Of a stretch of 64,000 nt of DNA, positions 9,983 through 17,989 are shown in pieces (position 1 is the first letter of the stretch; every line of letters starts with the position of its first letter). The notes under the pieces were generated by a model. That model was not told where the DNA came from, did no database searches, and worked only from the letters and a program-made list of their open reading frames with translations. Source of the stretch: an uncultured Alphaproteobacteria bacterium (GTDB lineage Bacteria; Electryoneota; RPQS01). The translations under genes were made by a program, and so were the position numbers. The DNA lies in NCBI GenBank assembly GCA_964406405.1, contig CAYORN010000004.1:1-64000 (forward strand). Reading direction: 5' to 3'.

Positions 9983-11116
9983 CTACGGAGTTCTGGAACA
10001 ACGGAATCCGATGAAGTTGTTGCGATTCGCCGGATTGTTGTCGATGCGAGAGGCGCACCGGCTGTTGGAACTATTATTGCTCCACGCGCCACCCCGTATA
10101 ACACGGGTGGAGCCGCGAGGATTATCAATCCATGCGCTGCCGTCAGTAGGAGCGCCATTATAGCTTTCGTGCCAGTCATCTTCGCACCATTCGTCAACAT
10201 TCCCGCACATGTCATAGCAACCCGCCGGACTGATGCCATATGGGTAGGTGCCGACCGGTGAAGTATCAACGTAGCCATCGGCTATGTTGTTGTAGATATT
10301 GGCATTGGTCGGAACCCACGTGTCTCCCCACGGCCATTGGCGATTGTCTGCATTTCCTTTCGCCGCGCGTTCCCGTTCCGCTTCGGTCGGCAGACGCTTC
10401 CCCGCCCAAGTGGCATAGGCACGGGCATCATCCCAAGACACCATCACCACCGGATAGTTCGCATATGCAGGATTCGTGAAGTAATTGGGAGGAATGCCCT
10501 CGAAACCGGGATCGTCAGGATAAGCCCGTGCTGTCGCATCACAGAACAGCTTATACTGGGCGTTGGTCACCTCGTACTTGTCAATATAGAACGCCGGAAC
10601 GTTCACCGTGTGGATGGGTAGCCCATAGGGCCACCAGTAATCAGCTCCCATGTCGTACGGCCCCGCCGGAACCAGAACCATGCCTGCGAAATCTGCTGTG
10701 GAGAACGACCAAACAGGTCCCGATGTCGAATGATCGTGGTTATCATGTGCCACGATTTGCCAGTAGTAGGTCGTGCTGTCTGCCAACGTTTCCAGACTGT
10801 AGGTAGTTTCAGATTGAACCGGACTTACCAATGGCGGCGTGCTTGATGTGCCAAAGTAAACATCGTAGGTCAACAGGTCACTATCGGGATCACTGCAGCT
10901 CCACGTGAGATTCACGTCGATAGATTGGTCCGTTGCCTGATTCGCAGGTACAGGATTTGACGGCAGATTCGGCGCGCTGTTGTCTGTTGGTTCCGCTGTG
11001 TCATCACTCTTGTCGCAACCATTGAGAAGCACCAGCAGGGTGATGCTTACGGCGATGCAAAACTTTCTTGGGCAACTCATGATGTGATCCCTATAATTGT
11101 GGATTGTCGAGTTCAC
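9983..11116 (-). CDS. formylglycine-generating enzyme (FGE)-sulfatase family (SUMF1/EgtB/PvdO-like) lipoprotein with N-terminal Fn3-like domain
   Basis: MVLVPAGPYDMGAD...YEVTNAQYKLFCD...YPVVMVSWDDARAYATWAGKRLPTEAERERAAKG...RVIRGGAWSNN...FRCSRTP; lipobox LLNGC. Confidence 0.8.
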   Translation of the reverse strand: MNSTIHNYRDHIMSCPRKFCIAVSITLLVLLNGCDKSDDTAEPTDNSAPNLPSNPVPANQATDQSIDVNLTWSCSDPDSDLLTYDVYFGTSSTPPLVSPVQSETTYSLETLADSTTYYWQIVAHDNHDHSTSGPVWSFSTADFAGMVLVPAGPYDMGADYWWPYGLPIHTVNVPAFYIDKYEVTNAQYKLFCDATARAYPDDPGFEGIPPNYFTNPAYANYPVVMVSWDDARAYATWAGKRLPTEAERERAAKGNADNRQWPWGDTWVPTNANIYNNIADGYVDTSPVGTYPYGISPAGCYDMCGNVDEWCEDDWHESYNGAPTDGSAWIDNPRGSTRVIRGGAWSNNSSNSRCASRIDNNPANRNNFIGFRCSRTP

Positions 11117-11141
11117 AGAGATGATTGTGCCTGCGCCACCT

Positions 11142-11173
11142 CGTCGTCATCTTCGCTATGATGGTGATGAAGG
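11142..11173 (-). repeat. conserved ~32-nt intergenic motif, copy 3; ends only ~30 nt upstream of the start codon of CDS 9983..11116
   Basis: cgtcgtcatcttcgctatgatggtgatgaagg; identical core. Confidence 0.7.
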
Positions 11174-11401
11174 CGGCTTACGCATGCAAAGAACCACCAG
11201 AGGTGCTCTTCGCGACGCAAGGCCAACTTTGCCGAAGATATTGATGGGAAACAGGCATGGCCTGTTAGCGGCGCTCTTTCCGATGCATCCTCCGGCGCTT
11301 CCAACAGTTCAAGACTTGCGAGCCTTGCTTGCGCTTGTGTAGAACGGAACGGTTGTGCTCTGACAGCGCAAGAGCGAATTGGGTCAAGAATTGAGGGAGA
11401 C

Positions 11402-12121
11402 TTACTTAAACACAATGATGCACACGGGAATGGCAAACATAAGCCCTAATGCGAGAATCGGCAACATGGCTCCGAGGCTTCTTACAAACGCAACTTGTAC
11501 ATCTCCATCTGCTGCGAGTGATCGTGAATACAACCATTTGGCTATGTACCATGATGAACAAGCCCACAGGATCGCGGCGACAACATCAATGATCAAATGT
11601 TGCTTCACAAACAACGTCGAGATGGAGATCAGTACTGCCATTACAGCAATTGCGATCTCAAGGGATTTTCCTAAGCCTTGTCGCCAACACATGAAACACA
11701 TGAGCCAACTGGCAATAACATGCATGCTGGGAAGCTTGTTCGCACTCGGGCTGAAATCATGTGCATAAATGACTGCCAGCACTCGTTCTGATAGTGTCGT
11801 GCCAAGAATCGGATGCGGAAGAGAAACAGGAAGTAGGAAGTAACATGCAAACGCTGTCATATTGGCTATCAGGAATGCAACCGTACCCAAGGCAAAGCGG
11901 GACCAGTTCTTGGTCACGATCAGCGGCACAACAGGCATCACATAAGCCAACATGTAGATCCACACAAACGCTGGGACCAGCGGTATCTGCTTGTCAAGAG
12001 CGGTTGCAAAATCTCGTGCAGGAAATCCGGAAGCTAGATTACCTACGACTAAGAAGCACAATGTCCAGACGACATATGTGATCAACCACGTGGAAGAAAA
12101 GAACACTCTATGAGAGGTCAT
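11402..12121 (-). CDS. integral membrane protein, PAP2-superfamily-like (phosphatidic acid phosphatase type 2 / inositol-phosphorylceramide synthase-like)
   Basis: six or more hydrophobic segments; PSMH...HLIIDVV resembles PAP2 motifs PSGH / SRxxxxxHxxxD; family assignment tentative. Confidence 0.45.
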   Translation of the reverse strand: MTSHRVFFSSTWLITYVVWTLCFLVVGNLASGFPARDFATALDKQIPLVPAFVWIYMLAYVMPVVPLIVTKNWSRFALGTVAFLIANMTAFACYFLLPVSLPHPILGTTLSERVLAVIYAHDFSPSANKLPSMHVIASWLMCFMCWRQGLGKSLEIAIAVMAVLISISTLFVKQHLIIDVVAAILWACSSWYIAKWLYSRSLAADGDVQVAFVRSLGAMLPILALGLMFAIPVCIIVFK

Positions 12122-12330
12122 CGGTGCTCATGAAATGGTGTGTGTGCGAACGTCAGATTGACAACGTCACATGACTACATGGTATCGCGCGCCCCAAATT
12201 CTGCTTAATGACCTGGTGTTAACGTCCTGAATAGGGGGCAGCAGGCGCGGCTGCTTCACACGTGGGTGCCATTGTCATTCTTTTGCGCCACGACGATGCG
12301 CAAAGCGCGAGCCGGGATTCCCGCATAATT

Positions 12331-12370
12331 CGCAGATGCTTTCATCTTCGATATGACGGCAATGACAAGC
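12331..12370 (-). repeat. degenerate copy of the ~32-nt motif (tttcatcttcgatatgacggcaatgacaagc), ~210 nt upstream of CDS 11402..12121
   Basis: shares ttcatcttcg.tatga.gg..atga..ag with the other copies; lower identity. Confidence 0.4.
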
Positions 12371-12395
12371 GCACTTCATCGTCAGAAACAGTGCT

Positions 12396-12830
12396 TCAGA
12401 AGCTGCTCCACCCCCTCCGGCGTAACCGTATCGTTCGCCATGTCGAACACAGGCCATACAGCTTTATGTCGAGAATGGGCGTGCCGTGAATAGCGTCGAG
12501 TCCTTGTACTTGAAGTGTCCTCTCCATAACTGACAGTAGGTGAACTGCTGTTATTCCGATAGGATTGAGGCGGTGCTTGGCACGCTGCGCAAAGATTCCT
12601 GGTAATGGCATGTCATCACGGTCCCGCGGACGACAAATGATATGCTTACCTGAATCAAACTCCGCTTCGTGCATCCAATAGACTACCAGAATGTGGGACA
12701 AAGCCTCAAGACCACGTAACCCTGAAGCTAACTCGGGGGCAATTTCGATCAGGGCTACAACGCTACCCCAGCCGTTGTCCCTGCTTTCTGCTACTGCCGA
12801 CTTCACTTTGCCGATGGGTCTCATTTCCAT
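12396..12830 (-). CDS. tsaA: TsaA/YaeB-family SAM-dependent tRNA methyltransferase (tRNA-Thr t6A37 m6 methyltransferase-like)
   Basis: MEMRPIGKVKSAVAESRDNGWGSVVALIEI..EALSHILVVYWMH..PRDRDDMP..GIFAQRAKHRLNPIGITAVHLLSV...LDIKLY matches the UPF0066/TsaA fold. Confidence 0.65.
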   Translation of the reverse strand: MEMRPIGKVKSAVAESRDNGWGSVVALIEIAPELASGLRGLEALSHILVVYWMHEAEFDSGKHIICRPRDRDDMPLPGIFAQRAKHRLNPIGITAVHLLSVMERTLQVQGLDAIHGTPILDIKLYGLCSTWRTIRLRRRGWSSF

Positions 12831-12910
12831 GGCAACTCACTTGCCCCCAAGGAGATGAGTCACGGTCATCCGTCTTGGTCCCAACGCAACGACATTCACC
12901 ACGTACGCAA

Positions 12911-13771
12911 TTATTGACCGAGAATGATTGGTAATCCGTTCTTGCCAGATCCAATAATTACAGTCTTTGCGTTTTGAGACTTTGCAATATCCATTGTAGC
13001 CTCAATACCCTTCCAGGCAAGTAATTTGTCGCTAATGCTTTCAGATATGATCTTCTGGAAGTCCTTGATCCCTTGGGCTTCGATTCGTTTTCGCTCAGCT
13101 TCTTGCTTTTCTTTTTGCAGAACAAACTCCATTTTCTGGGCTTCTTGTTCAGCCGTTGCCTTAGCATTAATTGCCTCAGATACGCTTGCAGGCAACTTCA
13201 AACTGCGCATCGGAGTTTCTTCAATCGTGATACCACGAGGACCGACAACCGTCGCCAAATCAGTTTTCAACTTACCGGCGAGAATGGTACGGTCAGCAGT
13301 ATAAAGAGCTTTTGCCTCTGATGTCGTCGTGATATCACGTGTTACTGAACGAAAATTGGGTTCTAGGAGAACCAATGGATCACCGTTCTGTACGGTTTGC
13401 ATCATGACTGGCCACGCTTCTTTTGTGACATGGAAGAAGCAAGATACTTCAAGTTCACACGACAGACCTTCTTTGGATGGCGTGATCATTGTTTCTTTGA
13501 TCTCTTGGGTGCGTGTCGGCTTATAGATTACATCAGCAAACGGGTTCACGAAATTGATTCCGGGATCAAGTGCAATTGGCTGGATCACACCGAACAAGTC
13601 AACAACACCACAACTGCCATTAGGAACGGTACGCACCATACTGAAAAGTGCGAAGATTGCTGCGAGAGCAATAATAATACCTTTCCCCCAACTGGGAACT
13701 GCATTGGACTCCCATTTTACGAAAAACGAAACGACAAATAGTGCAAGAAGCGACATCGTTAGATAGATCAT
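12911..13771 (-). CDS. SPFH/band-7 (prohibitin/HflC-like) membrane protein
   Basis: N-terminal TM segment, SPFH core, C-terminal coiled coil (AEQEAQKMEFVLQKEKQEAERKRIEAQGI); no NfeD partner gene adjacent. Confidence 0.7.
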   Translation of the reverse strand: MIYLTMSLLALFVVSFFVKWESNAVPSWGKGIIIALAAIFALFSMVRTVPNGSCGVVDLFGVIQPIALDPGINFVNPFADVIYKPTRTQEIKETMITPSKEGLSCELEVSCFFHVTKEAWPVMMQTVQNGDPLVLLEPNFRSVTRDITTTSEAKALYTADRTILAGKLKTDLATVVGPRGITIEETPMRSLKLPASVSEAINAKATAEQEAQKMEFVLQKEKQEAERKRIEAQGIKDFQKIISESISDKLLAWKGIEATMDIAKSQNAKTVIIGSGKNGLPIILGQ

Positions 13772-13813
13772 CGTTGTTACCTTTCTAAGGTTGTTTGGGT
13801 TTGCTGTTTTGTG

Positions 13814-13837
13814 TGGCAGAGGGGATTCGAACTCCCG
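13814..13837 (-). other. orphan tRNA 3'-end-like fragment (T-arm plus acceptor; minus strand reads CGGGAGTTCGAATCCCCTCTGCCA) with no full tRNA body
   Basis: GTTCGAATCC T-loop flanked by complementary arms and ending ...CTGCCA; upstream 5' half absent; ~40 nt upstream of the SPFH start. Confidence 0.5.
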
Positions 13838-13963
13838 AATTCACCACATATTGTACGTCGTCAGCCAAATGGCACACTTTCCTGGGTGACATAATTGACC
13901 AATAGAAGAGCACCTTAGGGACAGAGCCCGCTGTCTCGAATACTCATAATCCAGCGTCGTGGC

Positions 13964-14170
13964 ACCATCACCGCGTCCGCTATCATCTTCGCTTGATGGT
14001 GATGAAGGCAGCAGCCGAGGACAGGTTGAGCAGTGGTTACGCACCGCTTCCGGCGACGCCGTTATCTTCGCTATGATGGTGATGAAGGAACGCAGACGGA
14101 GACGGACTGACCAGTGCTGACGCTCCGATTCCGGCTATCGCCGTCATCTTCGCCATGATCGTGATGAAGG
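13964..14170 (-). repeat. mini-array of three copies of the ~32-nt motif (cores 13987..14008, 14066..14088, 14147..14170) spaced 79-81 bp, separated by unrelated 48-49-nt spacers
   Basis: cgccgttatcttcgctatgatggtgatgaagg / cgccgtcatcttcgccatgatcgtgatgaagg / ...tatcatcttcgcttgatggtgatgaagg; same orientation as the solitary copies; 210-400 nt upstream of CDS 12911..13771. Confidence 0.7.
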
Positions 14171-14499
14171 TGGTGCCCGGAAATCATATTACCAACCAGA
14201 GTACTCTGTTTCCGCTTGCTGAATCGACGGGCAATAGATAGGCGGCAGCGACAGGCCACTCTCCGAAGTTGTTTCGTATCAAGATAGTAAAACGTCGATC
14301 CGGAATCAACGGTTGCTCCGGCCGAATTTTGACGCAAGGCGGCGACAAAACGCGAGCGAAAAACTCGCGTCCGAGTGCCAGTGCACGAAATGCACGCGTA
14401 ACATAAACAAACCATTAGAGACTGCCGTATACTGTGCTGAAGCACCAGTGTGCTGTTCTCGTCCTGTTCGCTAATGACACTCCGCATCTCCGTCGCCTT

Positions 14500-14543
14500 C
14501 GACCAAACAAAAACCCTTGTTAAACAATAGTTTAACAAGGGTT
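14500..14543 (-). terminator. Rho-independent terminator (minus strand): perfect 14-bp stem AACCCTTGTTAAAC/GTTTAACAAGGGTT, 4-nt loop, then TTTGTTTGG
   Basis: perfect inverted repeat at 14512..14543; T-rich tract on minus strand (A-rich 14500..14511 on plus). Confidence 0.6.
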
Positions 14544-14547
14544 AAAA

Positions 14548-14574
14548 GGTGGAGACGGCGGGAATCGGACCCGC
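14548..14574 (-). other. second tRNA 3'-end-like fragment (minus strand GCGGGTCCGATTCCCGCCGTCTCCACC) lacking a 5' half
   Basis: T-arm-like stem GCGGG/CCCGC around TCCGATT, then acceptor-like CGTCTCC-A-CC; resembles the 3' region of tRNA-Ser(GGA) (..CCCCGTCTCTCCGCCA). Confidence 0.35.
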
Positions 14575-14647
14575 GGCACTCTTCTCTCCAAAGAGCATTA
14601 AATCAAACAATCACAGCACTGTAGCACATCGCGGAGAACACACTCAA

Positions 14648-15880
14648 CTAGTGGACTGACTCATCTACAGTGATGGGTAGAGGCTGCGCAGTTTGATGCG
14701 GGCGTCTTTGGTCGTAAACTGCCAGTTGATTTTCGCAATGCGACCGTTGCGTGCCGTTTCCCAAGCGGTGACTTCGCGACGCAACCGCTCGCTGCTGGCG
14801 AGACGGCGCTTGAGACACTGTTTCGTCAGGATGCCCAACTCGATCTCCGCGATGTTCAGCCAACTGCCATGCTTGGGCGTGTAGTGGATTTCCAGGCGAT
14901 CCGTCAGTCGTTTCGCTTCCGCCGGCGGGAAGGTCGCATAGAAGGACGCGGGGGGGTGCGTGTTCAGATTGTCCATGATCAGGACGATCCGTTCGGCATC
15001 GCGATACATCGTGTTCATCAGCTCTCGCATCGTCAGCGCCCAGCCCTGCTTCGTGCGCTGTTCAGTCACCTGCACATAACGCCTTCCCGTCAGCGGATCG
15101 CTGAACAGGAAGAGATTGGCCACCCCTTTGCGCACGTACTCGGCATCGTAGCGCGCCGCCTGTCCCGGCACCATCGGGAGCGGATGACGGATCTCGCCTA
15201 ACAGTTGCTTGCTGGTCTCATCCATACAGATCAGCGGACGCTGGGGATCATACGGCCGCTGGTAAACATCCAAAACGTCTTCCATGTGGAAGACATAGTC
15301 CGGATCCGCCTTGGTGGGGATCACCCACATCTCTTGAAGCCACGGCTTCAACGCATTTTTTTTAGCGTGCGCCGCACCGTTTCGCGCGCGACGTGGGGGC
15401 AGTATTCGAGGACGACCATCTGCTGAGCCAGCAGCCGCACCGACCACTGCGCGTGGCCTTCCGGCGGCTCGCTGCAGGCCAAAGCAATCAGATGCGCCTC
15501 GGCATTGCCATCCAACACGCGTTCATACTGACGTGTGGTCGGCCGGCGTTCCAGAGCCGCCTCCCAGCCGTCTTCGACGAAGCGTTGGCGCACCCGCTCA
15601 ATCGTGGAGATCGCCACGCCCAGCGCGTCGTGGATCTCGGGATCGCTGCGCGAGAGGCCATCAGGACTGGTATCCGCCTGCAACAGAATGCGGGCATGGG
15701 CCTGCTTGCGAGCGGATGACTTCCCTTTGCGCGTCAGCTCAAGTAACTGTTTGCGCTCCGCTTGCGAAAGCACCACACGGTACTTCTTGCGCATGACTTC
15801 CTCCGGTTATGCTGTCAGCAATCTCCCGGAGTATAACATGGCTCAAAAAACAACTCGAATCAAGTAGGTCGCTCCACTAG
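14648..15880 (-). mobile_element. IS630-family insertion sequence (~1.2 kb) with imperfect terminal inverted repeats CTAGTGGAC / CTAGTGGAG
   Basis: two overlapping transposase ORFs bracketed by inverted CTAGTGGA at 14648..14656 and 15873..15880; exact ends and TA duplication not resolved. Confidence 0.6.
14665..15794 (-). CDS. IS630-family DDE transposase made by programmed -1 frameshift (orfA 15348..15794 HTH; orfB 14665..15447 DDE) at an A8 slippery run (15355..15363)
   Basis: orfA: HTH (AISTIERVRQRFVEDGW). orfB: DDE core ...LIMDNLNTHPP...HYTPKHGSWLNIAEIELGI. 100-nt overlap contains CTAAAAAAAATGC, and the -1 product joins ..TLKK to NALKPWLQEMW. Confidence 0.8.
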
Positions 15881-15925
15881 GCGCAGGCAAAAGCATTTTA
15901 TGCGTTTGGCGTACTAAATCGCTAT

Positions 15926-16537
15926 TCAAGCCGTCGTCGGGTACGTGGCGCTTGCGCGTTGAAACAGCAATGCAGATGAGACAAACAGCGCGACGAAGAA
16001 CGCATTTAAGATGAAGACACCCACTACACCAGGGGGTTCTTCCACGGTGATAACCGGCTTCCAGATAATCAGCGCAATCACGGGGACCAACGCCTGAGCG
16101 AGCGCCGTCGCGAACAACGCGCGCGCCATTCTACGCGGCTTCAAGCGCGCGATGGCGGCACCGATGAATCCGACGACGAGCACACCGAGATACAGCACGT
16201 TGGCGGGGTGGTCCTCGGATCCAATGATCCCGACGGCAAGATTTAACCAGATGAGGATCAATCCTGCCGCCACTGCAATGCCGACGGCGACCCGGTACGC
16301 GATACTGTCCGACATTCTTGTTATCAACACATACGCGAGACCAGTGCCGAACAGGAGGACGCCCATGACAATGAAATCACCCAGGCTCCAGGCCACTTCA
16401 TCGGTGAACTGCATCGCCAACAAGGGTATCAGCAATATGAACGCTGTCGCCAGCGCAATGCGGATAATGTTTTTGTTTTGCACAATGATAAATGTCATGT
16501 TCGCTCTAATAATTCCCGCGGATGTTTCGACGAACAT
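15926..16537 (-). CDS. hypothetical polytopic membrane protein
   Basis: 203-aa ORF with 5-6 hydrophobic helices; no recognisable motif. Confidence 0.45.
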   Translation of the reverse strand: MFVETSAGIIRANMTFIIVQNKNIIRIALATAFILLIPLLAMQFTDEVAWSLGDFIVMGVLLFGTGLAYVLITRMSDSIAYRVAVGIAVAAGLILIWLNLAVGIIGSEDHPANVLYLGVLVVGFIGAAIARLKPRRMARALFATALAQALVPVIALIIWKPVITVEEPPGVVGVFILNAFFVALFVSSALLFQRASATYPTTA

Positions 16538-16628
16538 CCAGAGAGCGCAACCGAATAATCCTCTTTCTTCCTTCTGCCGCGCCTTCGGCGCGACCGTCCT
16601 GCCTCCTTTCGGAAGTGGAAGTTACATT

Positions 16629-16721
16629 TGGCGGAGAGACGGGGATTCGAACCCCGGATACCGGTTGTGCCAGTATGCACGCCTTCCAAGCGTGTGCCTT
16701 CAACCACTCGGCCATCTCTCC
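16629..16721 (-). tRNA. tRNA-Ser(GGA), long variable arm, CCA encoded; integration target of the upstream island
   Basis: GGAGAGATGGCCGAGTGGTTGAAGGCACACGCTTGGAAGGCGTG...CGGGGTTCGAATCCCCGTCTCTCCGCCA; anticodon loop TTGGAAG; 7-bp acceptor pairs. Confidence 0.9.
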
Positions 16722-16900
16722 CAAAGAGAAGTAAGAAAATCCGAAATCCGAAATCCGAGTCAGAAAGAAGTCAAAATCAAGCGCGACAGCCTTCTATCAC
16801 GTAATTTCCGTGCGTTCCACAAAGGTGCCTTGCTTGTCGGTCCTGTACTTTCAAATTCTTCTGATTTGGATTTCGGATTTTCTTCCTTGCTTACTTTTTC

Positions 16901-16991
16901 TGGCGGTGAGGGAGGGATTCGAACCCCCGGTACCCACGAGGAGTACAACGGCTTTCGAGGCCGCCGCATTCGACCACTCTGCCACCTCACC
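16901..16991 (-). tRNA. tRNA-Ser(CGA), long variable arm, CCA encoded
   Basis: GGTGAGGTGGCAGAGTGGTCGAATGCGGCGGCCTCGAAAGCCG...GGGGGTTCGAATCCCTCCCTCACCGCCA; anticodon loop CTCGAAA. Confidence 0.85.
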
Positions 16992-17137
16992 GGGGCAAAC
17001 TTTCTACACGAACCCGGGAACTGCAAGACGGAAAAGCGCCGCCGAAGCAGGAACGGGTAGGCCCTCAGGATTTCCAATATAATGCCTCCAAGCCGGGAGC
17101 GCAAGTCCGCCGCCGCGAGGAATCAACTCACGGGCGT

Positions 17138-17566
17138 CTACTCGTGGGTCTCTACTTCGGGGGAAGTTTCTTTTTTCTCTTCGCCGAGGAGTTTGCCAAA
17201 CAGCATGGCCAGCAGACCCAAAATCACGCCATAGATCGCGGCGCCCAAAACGATGCCAATCGCCATCCACGGACGAATATCCGTTCCCTCGGGGACCTTC
17301 GCCATTTTCTCAACCACGTCAGGATTATTGGCGATAAAACTGTCCCAGAAAATGAACTGAAGAGCGCCGCCAATCAAGGTCCAAATGACCGCCGTCAAGA
17401 AACCGTGCAGGAACAGCTTGTGCTTCACTTGGTAACCGAGCAGCACGGCTGCGATCACCACGAGGCCAATTGAGATCCACATGCTGCTGGGCAACCAACC
17501 GAGCAGCGATGCCACCGCCAGCAAAACTCCCAACGCCACCAGCGAGAAAATCATCTTCCAGTTCAT
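17138..17566 (-). CDS. hypothetical small membrane protein (4 TM)
   Basis: hydrophobic 142-aa ORF with acidic C-terminal tail. Confidence 0.45.
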   Translation of the reverse strand: MNWKMIFSLVALGVLLAVASLLGWLPSSMWISIGLVVIAAVLLGYQVKHKLFLHGFLTAVIWTLIGGALQFIFWDSFIANNPDVVEKMAKVPEGTDIRPWMAIGIVLGAAIYGVILGLLAMLFGKLLGEEKKETSPEVETHE

Positions 17567-17633
17567 ACATCCTCCGGAAGGAAGTTGAGAAACCTGAAGC
17601 GCGTATTGTAAGAGCCGAGCAGGAAGGCTCCGC

Positions 17634-17915
17634 TTAAACTTCGTTTAGGACGAAGCCATCAATCTCTAGCTCCTCCCACACGTCGAAGGGATCGTCCTTG
17701 ACCGCTTCGCGCGCGAGCGGAGCGAGCCGCTGCCAGGCTTCCGGGCTCTCGAAGATCGCCAGACCGACGAGGCGACTAGAGTGCTCGTCTTTCAGCGTGT
17801 GGATTCGGATGCAGCTCGGCTTGCCACGCACGGCGTTACCGAAGCGGTGCATCGAATCAATCAGCGCCGCTTCGTGTTCCGGCTTGGGGTGGTGGATGGA
17901 AAGGATGACGTACAT
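17634..17915 (-). CDS. ABM-domain (antibiotic biosynthesis monooxygenase/Dabb-like) small protein
   Basis: MYVILSIHHPKPEHEAALIDSMHRFGNAVRGKPSCIRIHTLKDEHSSRLVGLAIFESPEAW; start set at internal Met of the 148-aa ORF. Confidence 0.55.
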   Translation of the reverse strand: MYVILSIHHPKPEHEAALIDSMHRFGNAVRGKPSCIRIHTLKDEHSSRLVGLAIFESPEAWQRLAPLAREAVKDDPFDVWEELEIDGFVLNEV

Positions 17916-17989
17916 ATAGAAAACTTGAATAGAAACTTGAAACTTGAAACAGGAGATCCGGCTTCCAAATTTGCCATTTCCTACTTGCT

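Noticed and set aside
13964-14170. Possible CRISPR array (three ~28-32-nt repeats with 48-49-nt unique spacers)
   Set aside because: Only three units; repeats are imperfect (one has a 3-nt insertion). Identical solitary copies sit kb away upstream of genes. No cas genes are in the window, and the spacers are longer than typical. Treated as a regulatory or mobile repeat instead.
7608-14170. 'HHHH' (CATCACCATCAT) inside the repeated motif as a His-tag / cloning-vector contaminant
   Set aside because: Seven copies with native, differing flanks, all intergenic and co-oriented, are incompatible with vector contamination.
14071-14538. 155-aa minus-strand ORF spanning the motif array
   Set aside because: No start-proximal signals. 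It is built from the repeats themselves (HHLHHDHGEDDGD) and lies in an otherwise non-coding hotspot.
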